Below, one piece after another: positions 1-8,490 of a stretch of 32,000 nucleotides of DNA; position 1 is the first letter of the stretch; each line of letters opens with the position of its first letter. The position numbers and the translations under genes are program-made. The notes under the pieces are model-generated. The model was not told the DNA's origin. It made no database searches and saw nothing but the letters and a program-made list of their open reading frames with translations. The stretch is from Acaryochloris marina S15. Its GTDB lineage: Bacteria > Cyanobacteriota > Cyanobacteriia > Thermosynechococcales > Thermosynechococcaceae. The stretch is from assembly GCF_018336915.1 (NCBI RefSeq), contig NZ_CP064925.1, positions 90,001-122,000 of the forward strand. Direction: 5' to 3'.

Positions 1-29
1 AGTGAACCGGAACTATAGGAGTTGCCATC

Positions 30-290
30 ATGCGTAAGTTCACCCGAAAACATAGGTTTCCTACCCTGCGTAATTTTATCCGCAAATATGGACCTCCCAT
101 CCTGTTGATAGGAATGGTTTATCTAGGGATCGAAGCATTTCATGCTTTTATCGACTATCTCAAGCGAACATGGGATGTAGGTGCATTGATCATGGCATGG
201 GCTTGCGTTATCAGCTTGTTCCAAGGCACTTGGCGAATAACTTTGGGATTTTTGAGAGATTTTCGTAGTGTCCCGATTTATTCGCCATGA
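30..290 (+). CDS. small hypothetical membrane protein; native 3' end displaced by IS insertion
   Basis: 86-aa ORF with hydrophobic stretches. The IS256-family element starts at 264, so the last codons (RSVPIYSP-stop) are read from the IS terminal repeat. Joining 263 to 1647 restores ...LRDF-GDRD-stop, which is followed by a terminator hairpin. Confidence 0.45.
   Translation: MRKFTRKHRFPTLRNFIRKYGPPILLIGMVYLGIEAFHAFIDYLKRTWDVGALIMAWACVISLFQGTWRITLGFLRDFRSVPIYSP
256..263. repeat. target-site duplication GAGATTTT (left copy) of the IS256-family element
   Basis: The identical 8-mer is present at 1639-1646, directly abutting the other IS end. An 8-bp duplication is typical of IS256. Confidence 0.8.
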
Positions 291-1638
291 GTTGAAATTC
301 CTGAAATGCTGTATTAATAGTGACTTCAGAGCATTTCTTGATGAACATTGCCCAGCGCGAACAACAGATTATCCGCATCCAATCCCAAAGCTCCTATGCC
401 TCTATTAACGAAGCCCTGGAAGCAACCCTACGCCTGGAAGCAAGCCAAGTCACCCAGAAAATAATAGAGGCAGCACTAGACGAAGAAGTGCAAGCCTATC
501 TATCCCAACTTCAAGGGACTCGACCTCGGCGCTCAGGTTATTATCAACGGGTTCTAGATACGCAGTATGGCAGGATCCCTCAACTGTCTGTCCCTAAACT
601 ACGTAAAGGGAACGCAGACCGAGAGTGGCAGATTTTAGAACGTTACCAACGTGCCCTTGGCAGTCTCCTCGATTTTTGCCTCGGCCTGTATGTCATGGGT
701 TTATCGCTTCGGGACTTGCAAGAAGCTCTCTATGAGATTCTAGGAGCAGTCTTATCCGTTAATGCCATTAACCGAATTACGCTAAAAGCTCAGAAGCAAA
801 TGTTCCAAAGGCGTCAGACTCGTCTTGAGGAAACCCCTCCTATTCTGATTGTCGATGGTGTTTGGGCTAGTGTTCAGTGTTCCTCAGAAGACTTTTGGGA
901 AGACCAAGCTGGGCATATCCGGAAACTACGCCATGCAGAAGACCGAGTCATTCTAGTCGCTATGGCAGTGTGGCCCGATGGCACCCAAACGGTGCTTCAT
1001 TATGAAATGGCGACGCAAGAATCGGAGGCAGCTTGGTCACTATTCTTTGCGCATCTGTGGCAACGGGGATTGCAACCCTATTCGGTGAAGTTGATTGTGA
1101 GTGATGGTACGACTGGGTTGCCTAAGGTGATTCGTGCTCTGTTTCCCCTCGCACAACATCAACGCTGCATTACCCACAAGGTTCGAGCCATGCTGCGGCA
1201 TTTAGGCTATGGGCAATTGTCGTACCTGGATGCGCAAGGACAAGAGCTTTCACTTCCTGAAGCTAAGAAACAGCGGTATGCACAAATTCAACATGATGCC
1301 TACGCCATCTATAAAGCGCCCACCTGGGAAGGGGCAGTTATTTCATTTCTGGTGTTTGAGAAAAAGTGGACAGACATCGAACCTGACGCCGTCAGAACCT
1401 TTATCAACGATTGTGCCCTGACTTTGAACTTCTATGATTTTGATGCATCTCTTCACTCACTCATTCGAACCTCAAATGCACTCGAGCGGTTGTTCCGGGA
1501 ATTCCGAACCAAGGCCGATGAAATTGGTGCGTTCCCTAATGAAGAGAGCTGTTTAGCAATTCTCTTCCTCGTTTTTCGTAGGGATCATGCCAAGCATGAT
1601 CGGCTCAAAAACCGTGGCGAATAAATCGGGACACTAAC
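264..1638 (+). mobile_element. IS256-family insertion sequence, apparently intact (1375 bp)
   Basis: There is a 21-bp perfect terminal inverted repeat: 266-286 TAGTGTCCCGATTTATTCGCC is the reverse complement of 1616-1636. It is flanked by an 8-bp direct repeat and contains a single Mutator-type transposase ORF. Confidence 0.85.
320..1624 (+). CDS. IS256/Mutator-family transposase
   Basis: 434-aa ORF (GTG start) with family hallmarks: VDGVW, SDGTTGL, QRCITHKVRA, and TSNALERLFREFRTKADEIGAFPNEES. Confidence 0.9.
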   Translation: MTSEHFLMNIAQREQQIIRIQSQSSYASINEALEATLRLEASQVTQKIIEAALDEEVQAYLSQLQGTRPRRSGYYQRVLDTQYGRIPQLSVPKLRKGNADREWQILERYQRALGSLLDFCLGLYVMGLSLRDLQEALYEILGAVLSVNAINRITLKAQKQMFQRRQTRLEETPPILIVDGVWASVQCSSEDFWEDQAGHIRKLRHAEDRVILVAMAVWPDGTQTVLHYEMATQESEAAWSLFFAHLWQRGLQPYSVKLIVSDGTTGLPKVIRALFPLAQHQRCITHKVRAMLRHLGYGQLSYLDAQGQELSLPEAKKQRYAQIQHDAYAIYKAPTWEGAVISFLVFEKKWTDIEPDAVRTFINDCALTLNFYDFDASLHSLIRTSNALERLFREFRTKADEIGAFPNEESCLAILFLVFRRDHAKHDRLKNRGE

Positions 1639-1646
1639 GAGATTTT
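1639..1646. repeat. target-site duplication GAGATTTT (right copy)
   Basis: Identical to 256-263. Confidence 0.8.
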
Positions 1647-1662
1647 GGTGATCGGGATTAGC

Positions 1663-1702
1663 AAAAGGGAGAAGCTGTTGCGATAGCTGCTCCCTTTTGT
1701 TG
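1663..1702 (+). terminator. rho-independent terminator of the IS-interrupted small gene
   Basis: Stem 1667-1676 GGGAGAAGCT pairs with 1685-1694 AGCTGCTCCC (one mismatch) across an 8-nt loop, followed by TTTTGTTG. Confidence 0.6.
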
Positions 1703-1746
1703 CCTCTGATATTCTGTGATTAAGCTAGAGGAATGCCAGGGGCAGT

Positions 1747-2289
1747 ATGAACGAGCTTTCTCCCACTCAAGAATTAAAGGAAGACCTGTTACGTCCAGTG
1801 CCGATTCCAGAGACAGAACTGGAGCGGTATATCTCGTTCAAGCATGCGCTTAATCTTCGTTTCCCAGATGAGGACACGGGGGATTGGCATTTTCAGCCCT
1901 ACTTTTTTGAACAAACGGATGCCCTAACAACTCAAAAGAGCATCCCCCTTGCTGGAAAGGGCCAGCAGGTTGATACAACGCCTTCCCTAGGTCATCAGGG
2001 AGTGCGAGATATGTCTTCAATTTTGTTTCAGGAAGGATTATCCATTCCCTCAGATCAACCTGTATATGTCGCCAATCATTATCGGGCTATCGCAGACTTA
2101 GCGATGCTGGATCTCCAGAAATCGCGACCGCCAAGTATTGCAGACAATGCAGCAATTAACAGTTGGCTGGATAGCCAAGAGCAAGTTGATCACCTCAAAC
2201 GAGAGTACTTAGAACGCTTGGCAATCCAACTATCAGGTGAACCCCTCAGAATTTTTAAGCAATGGATTCAGACCGTGAAATTCGTATAA
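1747..2289 (+). CDS. hypothetical protein upstream of and overlapping the AbiEii-like fragment
   Basis: 180-aa ORF that overlaps the next ORF by 28 nt. I recognise no motif, so any antitoxin role rests on position alone. Confidence 0.4.
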   Translation: MNELSPTQELKEDLLRPVPIPETELERYISFKHALNLRFPDEDTGDWHFQPYFFEQTDALTTQKSIPLAGKGQQVDTTPSLGHQGVRDMSSILFQEGLSIPSDQPVYVANHYRAIADLAMLDLQKSRPPSIADNAAINSWLDSQEQVDHLKREYLERLAIQLSGEPLRIFKQWIQTVKFV

Positions 2290-2546
2290 ACCCTTCCCAG
2301 TCCATCCACTTGGACTTGATGCGGTCAGTCGCTCAACAAGTCGGTGATACGCCTTATGTCCTCAAGGGAGGTGCGGCACTCATCTTCACTCGTGCCCTGG
2401 ATCGCTATTCCACGGACTTAGATTTTGACTCTACAAAAAAGCTAAATCTCAAGGGTCGAATTGAGTCTGCCATTAGGAATGTGAATGGTATCGAATTGAA
2501 ATCACTAAAGTTGGTCAAAGATACGGATACTGTCCAGCGGCTATAG
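2262..2546 (+). pseudogene. AbiEii/AbiGii-type nucleotidyltransferase toxin, N-terminal fragment only
   Basis: YVLKGGAALIF...RYSTDLDFDS matches the LKGGtAL...R.S.DlDF signature of the AbiEii (DUF1814) N-terminus. The ORF stops after 94 aa, whereas family members are about 230-300 aa. Confidence 0.5.
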
Positions 2547-2652
2547 TCGTTAGAGGTGCCCGGATGAAAAGCCTGACCACTGAAAGCCTGGAGCTGGAGC
2601 AGGGGCCGCAAACCCCAAGCCCGGATCAAGGTCCAAGCCTATAATCTGCCGA

Positions 2653-5600
2653 TCACATCTCCAGTTCCTTATCCAGATTTACAGTTTGAGTAGGTTGAGA
2701 TTTATGCTGGAGCAGGAACAATCTGCGCTCAAACACTTTTGTGGAACGTCCTTTGTATAGCGCGTCCTGGTATGAGTGGGTAAAGTGAATCACTCCCTGG
2801 ATATACCGTTGTTTATCTTCAGGTGATTTCAGTTCTCTAGCGGCATCAGACTGCATCAGCACTCTGGTTCCATCCATTGCATCACCCTCACCTTGAGCGA
2901 TGAGATAGATGGCAATATCATTGTTGTGCTGTGGGTTCTCCCGACTTAATTTGTTTTTGATTTGGGTGTACTGCCCCCGGTAATGCATCTTGATTTCCCG
3001 GTCCATTGGATAGGCATTCTGGTCTGCCCGCTCAAAGGCGATGGGGCCATGATTGCCAATCAGGTCATCAACGCCTTTCCCCTGTTCAGGCTCCCACGGT
3101 ATTCTCCATGTCTTGCAGCCTCTTTCTTCAATGAGTTCAGCTTCTCTGACCATTTCACGCCGCACATTCCAGACCGTGGACTGCTCTGAATCCCAATCAT
3201 GGGCATACCTGAATTCTCTGCCTGGTGCAGCAAATACTTCTAGTTGAGGATGTAGCACCCTTCTTTCGAGTCGTTCGTCGTGCTGGTTCTTGGCCCGATA
3301 GCCAATGTTGACTCCCTGACCACCAATGACGACTCGACCTTGAGAGACTAATGCAGCATCTTTCTTATCCCCTTCAGTCCGGTAGATGGGAATTTCAGGG
3401 TGCTGGTAGACCGTGTACCAGAATCCCTTAGCTTTCTCCTCCTGTGTTTGGGTGACTCCATGCTTGGCAAAGATCTGCTTAGCGATGGGATCGGGAACGG
3501 GTTGGAATGCCATATCCCGGTCAAACAGTTTACGCTTGGCTCCCAGTGGGTTTTCATACTTGCGATATTTGGGAGGGGCATTGGGATTTTTTGTCCTAGC
3601 TCTGTGGGTTTTGTCTACATCGATACGGGGAGTATCAGGCTTGAAGGTTCCATACAGACTAAGCGTTGGCTCCTCATTGGGTCCTAGTCCTTCAAAGGTG
3701 AGTGGATCGACCCCAGCATCAGCCCACCAGCCCCCACCTTCAGCAAGTTCCTGATAACTCAACACTTCAGGATGAGACCGATCATTAATCAAGGCACGGA
3801 TCGGCTCGATGTGATACTGACTGCGAACCTTCTTGAAAGACCCATCCCTCCTGCGAGTGGCGATGTCTTCGATCTTGGCCCCCAGCAACCGATCAATCAC
3901 CTGATCATCAGCAATGGATTGGAGCCGAGCCTTAATCACATCGGGATGGGCGCAGCTAGACACCCATTCATCCCAATGCTTCTCATCAATGGTGTCAGGC
4001 CGCTCTACCCCGGTATAATCCGGTTTCCAGAACACCTGATCATCAATGGTCTTCGGCTTGGGAGTGACGCTTATGCCCTTGTCCGTCAACTGTTGAGCGA
4101 CTTCCTTAAGCTGTTCTGCGACTGGCCCATTTACCAGTGCATCGACTGAGCGCATCGACTTCACAGACTGGGCTAACTGCTGCATGGCTGGGAAGGTCTT
4201 CAGACTTCGCTGAAAGCGCACCACCAGATTATTGAGTTCACCAATGTGCTGAGCAATGGATTCATGTGCTCTCCACTCACTGACGGTATCGGCCAGCCCC
4301 TTGATTTTGGCAAAAGAATAAGTGGGGCGCTTGGCGTTAAACGCTTCAATCTGCTGGGTGATGGCCTGAAGTTGGGGCTGCACCTGAGTAAGAGATTGTC
4401 CCTGCTGGAGTTCGCTCACCACTTCGGCCAACTGATCCATGCCCTTAAACTGAATCTGCTGAGGTTCAGACAAGGTGTTGATTTGAGTGGTCAGTGCGGC
4501 CAACTGCTCAACCAAACCACTCTCAGCCAGAGCTTGTTCTTCATTGAGGTCATGCACATCCTGAGCTAGGTCACCCATATCTGGGAATTGGGGAATGGTC
4601 AGACTCTCAACTAAGTCCTGCACTTCGCCAATGGCAGCGGTAACCTCCACCTCGTTTTGCCAATCTTGGACGGCATCGACCAACTCAGCCATTGCGGGGA
4701 ATTTGACATCCAGAGATTGAGTCGCTTCCAAGCCAGCTTGTAATCGGATGATTGTCCGGTCTAGCCCTTCAGTACCTTGAGCTAGGACATCAACCATCTC
4801 AGTCACGGCATCAGCCAGCTCTTGACCAGATCGCCACTCTGCTACGGCATCAGCAATGCTCCTGATCCTCTGCTGGCTTAGAGTTTGTTCAATGTTCTGG
4901 TCAATGTGGTCAATAGATTGGGCGATATAAGTGAGGTTATGGCTGAGGTCTTGTTGGTCCCGTGCCTGAACAACAGTCTCAGCCAAGCCATCTAGGCCCA
5001 CAAAGGAATTAGGTTCTAAGTTCTGAGATAAGGTATCAACCCGTTGAGCAAGATCCAGTAATTGAGGCTCTAACCCAAGCTCTGCAAATTCCTGGCTTGC
5101 CTGCCATGCGATCACATCATCAGCGATACTCCTAAATTGCTGATGAGGGAGAGACTTCTCGATAGCCTGGTCAATGGCTTGGGTGATCTGAGTGAGGTTA
5201 TCTGCGAGGGCATCAGCAAACTGGTCTTGCACGACCCGATTTGCCAAACTATCCAAACCATTGAAGGAATTAGGTTTTAGACTTTGGCTGAGTGACTCTA
5301 TATCCTTAGCAAGGGTTAGCAGGTGATTATCCAACCCACTTGTTGCTAGCTCGTTCTCCTCAGACCACTGCATCACCCAATTTGCTAGGTCTGAGGAGGT
5401 TGACCCCCATTCTGTTGAGCGACTGTCTTGGGCTTGGGCTTGCCATTCTTGGACGCCTGATGCTTGACCCCCTGGATCTCCTCTGCGGCTTCCAATACCT
5501 TGTCGCTCATCGCGGCTTGGAGCATCGTTGAGTCTTCGATCTTCATCCCAAGATTGTCCATCGCCTTGGCGAGTTGCTTGATACTCTCGCTCATGTCCGA

Positions 5601-8475
5601 GGGCTTCTTGGCTGCCATTGCGTCCTTGAACTCCTGGATGAACAGGTTGAGAACGGCTTTGACCTCCATCGGGATAGTGTTGATCCGCTCCCTGACCTGG
5701 GACTTGAGTTCTCTGTTCTCGTCTAGGATGTGTTGGTTCTGAGCTTGGACTTCTTCGACTTGATTGGTCAGGATGGTGATCGCGTCCGTGAGTGGGGCTA
5801 ATCGGTCTCGAAGCTCGTCCACGATCTGCTGTTGTTGTTCGTTGATGTCCATAGGTTTCCTCAATTAGATCTAAAGCACTTTCTTGAGCGTTGGATTTTA
5901 CAACCCGTTTCTTCAGCTTTTCCAGGTTTTCGGTATAGATGGTCAGTTCATGTTCTTGGCGGGAAATATCGACTAGGAACGGCTCTCTGCTGGAGGTGCG
6001 GTCATTGGTGGTGATGACAATCGTCCGTTTCTTGCTGCCACTCTGGGAGCGGTAGGAAGTCCACACCCGGTCATACTCCAAGGCCAAGGGTTGAGTGAGG
6101 GGCACATCATGGGAGACTCCCTTATGGTCCCTGACCGTCATATTCAAACTATCCAGGGCGGTGACCGTGAGCTGCTGACCGTTAATCCAGTTGTTTTCCC
6201 GGATAGTTGTCGTCCACCGCAGCTTATCCCCGACTGCCACATCAAATTCTTGGGCACTGTAGACCTCCTTTTGCTTGTATTTAGCTGGATTGAATCGATA
6301 AAGCCGACCACCGAAGGAAGAGACTACCAGCTCATCCCCTTCGCATTTCTCCACCTTGTAAAGCTGTCCTCGCTTGATGGATGACGTTTTAGACGTTTGC
6401 AGTAGGCGAACGTAATCCCCTTTGCGATACCAATCCACCCGTCGTTTTTGCTCAATACTCAGGTTTCTGGATTTGAGCTGGACAATCTTGCTGGATTCCC
6501 CGAGTCGCCCAAGTTTCTTCTCCCCCCTGCGAATGGCCTTTTCAGCCGCGAGTCGTTCCTTGTTGGTCCCAGCAATAATCAGGGTTTGGTCTTGTTCGTT
6601 GGGAGAGAGGGCAAGGAACTGAGCTGCTGCGGCTTGGGTCATCTCAGTCTTATCGTCTGCCTCAATCACATACCCCTTGGCATTGAGGAGGTCCAGTGCT
6701 TTGAGTCCTTGACCTCTGGCGATGAGTTCAACGGCTTGCTTTTGGACATCAACCTTCTGCCTGACAATCTCCTCAATCCGGTGAGTGGTCGCTCCATTGT
6801 GCTGCATGAACTTGAAGGGATTGCCCGCTTCAATCGCGGAGTTCTGGCCCGCATCCCCTACGAAGATGACCTGTGCTTTGACTGCCTCTGCCTTTTCCAG
6901 AATCACCCGCATCTGTCTTCGGCTCATCATGCCCGCTTCATCAACCAGCCAGACTTGATTGGGGCTGTTATCAGCTTGATGCAGAACCAAATGCTCAACG
7001 GTGTTGGTGGCAATGCCTAACTCATCCTGGAGTTTCTTCGCTGCTGGGATAGTGGGACTAAAGCCCCGAATTGTTAGACCGGAGCCATTGAGTAAAGTCT
7101 TCAGTACTCCTAATGTTCGAGACTTGCCCACCCCTGGAAAGCCCTGCCAGATTTGGTAGCGGTCAGTACTAGTGAGGGTGTTGAGAACTGCCTTGGCCTG
7201 GTCTTCATTCAGTTCAACTGCAATCCCTAAGAGTGAGGGATTAGCAACCATTGGTTGAGCTTGATCTTGGCCTTCCATCCAGCGCTGATGGATCTGGGCT
7301 TCTTCTTCAACGGCAGTGACGGTGGTGAATCCCCGATCAACAGGGATTAGCTCTTTGCTTTGGCTAATGGCCTCATCCACCTGTTCCATCGCCATGCCCT
7401 GACGTTTGAGGGTCTTGAAGACATAGGCATAGATGTCATCCGTCTCAAAGATGGATGACCATTCAGCGTAATGACGGATGGCGCTTTCAACCTCATACCT
7501 GGCTCGGTCTGGGTCAGGCATTACGGCCAAAGGTTCAGCCAATACTGGATGACCCACTCCTTGAGAGTGAGCCTCATCCCGCCAATGGTCTTGGATGATT
7601 TCGAGCTTTTTACCCACGCCCCGCTTAGCCTTGCGAGTCGTCAACACTTTCAGCTTCTTATTCTCAGGAGTAACTTCTAGCCCTTCATCCCGAACCGCTT
7701 TGACGATGGCCCGATGACGCTTGCTGAAGACCTCGACATCGGAGCGGTTGTAACCCTCTAGCTCAAACCCATCCTTAGTTTCATAGATGCGATACCCCAG
7801 CCGTTGGACCTTCTCTGCTAACTTCTGACGGTAGAAGCTGCCTATCCACTTAGCTTTAGCCAGCTTTTCATGAGAGAGGGAGCGCCACTGACCATCTGGC
7901 CCCTGTGTCCCATTCATGAGCAGCATGTGGGTGTGAAGCTGCATGTCTCCATCACGGGAAGTATGGTGAGGCATCAGTGCCGCGATCATGTTGCCTGTAT
8001 TGACGACAGAGCGTACTCCATTTACTTGAATCCGAGTCTGGGCATACTCGCGCTCAAGTAACTCAAAGCTTTCTAGAACTGCCTCCATGTGGGCATCGAA
8101 TAAGCGATTGTCTCCTTCTAAGTGCAGTGCCATCGACACACTTTTAGGTGCAGACAAAGTAACGTCATGGGCCAGTCGTTCTTTGTCTTCCTCGTTGGGT
8201 TTCTTGCCCCGAATCCTTTGGACTGCACTACCAGCGACACCTTTTAAGGAGTCAGGCAAGAACCCTCGACTGAGCGCTTTGAAGTCCTCTCTTTTAACGT
8301 AGGTGCCTAACTTTTGAACAATCGCGTTGGAGCCGACCCAGACAGCAGTACTCATGCGGTCAATGTCAGAGACCGTCTCAGATTCACCGTAATAGCGCTC
8401 CACAGCATCTACGAGAGATTCATCTTCCTCGTAGTACTCGATCATGTCGCGTGTTATGGTCTGCATCGTCCGCAT
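2653..8475 (-). CDS. MOBF-family conjugative relaxase-helicase (TrwC/TraI-like) fused to a repeat region and a DUF3854/Toprim-like C-terminal domain
   Basis: N-terminus has paired Tyr motifs (EYYEED...ERYYGE), then WVGSN..KLG, LSAPKSVS and the His triad HHTSRDGDMQLHTH. The helicase has Walker A GFPGVGKS and Walker B WLVDEAGMM. The C-terminus has YRTEGDKKDAALVSQG..IGGQGV and GKGVDDL, which is Toprim-like. Confidence 0.85.
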   Translation of the reverse strand: MRTMQTITRDMIEYYEEDESLVDAVERYYGESETVSDIDRMSTAVWVGSNAIVQKLGTYVKREDFKALSRGFLPDSLKGVAGSAVQRIRGKKPNEEDKERLAHDVTLSAPKSVSMALHLEGDNRLFDAHMEAVLESFELLEREYAQTRIQVNGVRSVVNTGNMIAALMPHHTSRDGDMQLHTHMLLMNGTQGPDGQWRSLSHEKLAKAKWIGSFYRQKLAEKVQRLGYRIYETKDGFELEGYNRSDVEVFSKRHRAIVKAVRDEGLEVTPENKKLKVLTTRKAKRGVGKKLEIIQDHWRDEAHSQGVGHPVLAEPLAVMPDPDRARYEVESAIRHYAEWSSIFETDDIYAYVFKTLKRQGMAMEQVDEAISQSKELIPVDRGFTTVTAVEEEAQIHQRWMEGQDQAQPMVANPSLLGIAVELNEDQAKAVLNTLTSTDRYQIWQGFPGVGKSRTLGVLKTLLNGSGLTIRGFSPTIPAAKKLQDELGIATNTVEHLVLHQADNSPNQVWLVDEAGMMSRRQMRVILEKAEAVKAQVIFVGDAGQNSAIEAGNPFKFMQHNGATTHRIEEIVRQKVDVQKQAVELIARGQGLKALDLLNAKGYVIEADDKTEMTQAAAAQFLALSPNEQDQTLIIAGTNKERLAAEKAIRRGEKKLGRLGESSKIVQLKSRNLSIEQKRRVDWYRKGDYVRLLQTSKTSSIKRGQLYKVEKCEGDELVVSSFGGRLYRFNPAKYKQKEVYSAQEFDVAVGDKLRWTTTIRENNWINGQQLTVTALDSLNMTVRDHKGVSHDVPLTQPLALEYDRVWTSYRSQSGSKKRTIVITTNDRTSSREPFLVDISRQEHELTIYTENLEKLKKRVVKSNAQESALDLIEETYGHQRTTTADRGRASRPISPTHGRDHHPDQSSRRSPSSEPTHPRREQRTQVPGQGADQHYPDGGQSRSQPVHPGVQGRNGSQEALGHEREYQATRQGDGQSWDEDRRLNDAPSRDERQGIGSRRGDPGGQASGVQEWQAQAQDSRSTEWGSTSSDLANWVMQWSEENELATSGLDNHLLTLAKDIESLSQSLKPNSFNGLDSLANRVVQDQFADALADNLTQITQAIDQAIEKSLPHQQFRSIADDVIAWQASQEFAELGLEPQLLDLAQRVDTLSQNLEPNSFVGLDGLAETVVQARDQQDLSHNLTYIAQSIDHIDQNIEQTLSQQRIRSIADAVAEWRSGQELADAVTEMVDVLAQGTEGLDRTIIRLQAGLEATQSLDVKFPAMAELVDAVQDWQNEVEVTAAIGEVQDLVESLTIPQFPDMGDLAQDVHDLNEEQALAESGLVEQLAALTTQINTLSEPQQIQFKGMDQLAEVVSELQQGQSLTQVQPQLQAITQQIEAFNAKRPTYSFAKIKGLADTVSEWRAHESIAQHIGELNNLVVRFQRSLKTFPAMQQLAQSVKSMRSVDALVNGPVAEQLKEVAQQLTDKGISVTPKPKTIDDQVFWKPDYTGVERPDTIDEKHWDEWVSSCAHPDVIKARLQSIADDQVIDRLLGAKIEDIATRRRDGSFKKVRSQYHIEPIRALINDRSHPEVLSYQELAEGGGWWADAGVDPLTFEGLGPNEEPTLSLYGTFKPDTPRIDVDKTHRARTKNPNAPPKYRKYENPLGAKRKLFDRDMAFQPVPDPIAKQIFAKHGVTQTQEEKAKGFWYTVYQHPEIPIYRTEGDKKDAALVSQGRVVIGGQGVNIGYRAKNQHDERLERRVLHPQLEVFAAPGREFRYAHDWDSEQSTVWNVRREMVREAELIEERGCKTWRIPWEPEQGKGVDDLIGNHGPIAFERADQNAYPMDREIKMHYRGQYTQIKNKLSRENPQHNNDIAIYLIAQGEGDAMDGTRVLMQSDAARELKSPEDKQRYIQGVIHFTHSYQDALYKGRSTKVFERRLFLLQHKSQPTQTVNLDKELEM
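4090..5340 (-). repeat. degenerate tandem protein repeats inside the relaxase ORF (first two units are 87 aa / 261 nt)
   Basis: Unit 1 starts at 5340 (SGLDNHLLTLAKDIESLSQSLKPNSFNGLDSLANRVVQ...). Unit 2 starts at 5079 (LGLEPQLLDLAQRVDTLSQNLEPNSFVGLDGLAETVVQ...). Weaker copies carrying the F(P/K)(A/G)M..L(A)..V theme continue to about 4090. Confidence 0.7.
5385..5852 (-). CDS. nested +1-frame ORF inside the relaxase linker; 155-aa helical, coiled-coil-like protein (possible MobB-like accessory factor)
   Basis: The ATG at 5852 is preceded by GAGGAA and by in-frame TAG and TAA stops. The product has balanced, protein-like composition, while the relaxase frame over the same DNA is R/S/P/G/Q-rich low complexity. 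Confidence 0.5.
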   Translation of the reverse strand: MDINEQQQQIVDELRDRLAPLTDAITILTNQVEEVQAQNQHILDENRELKSQVRERINTIPMEVKAVLNLFIQEFKDAMAAKKPSDMSESIKQLAKAMDNLGMKIEDSTMLQAAMSDKVLEAAEEIQGVKHQASKNGKPKPKTVAQQNGGQPPQT

Positions 8476-8490
8476 GGGATGGCCTCTGGC

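Noticed and set aside
5464-5742. 92-aa plus-strand ORF antisense to the nested ORF region
   Set aside because: It is an antisense shadow of a region already coding in two minus-strand frames. Its S/L/I-rich composition is typical of such artefacts.
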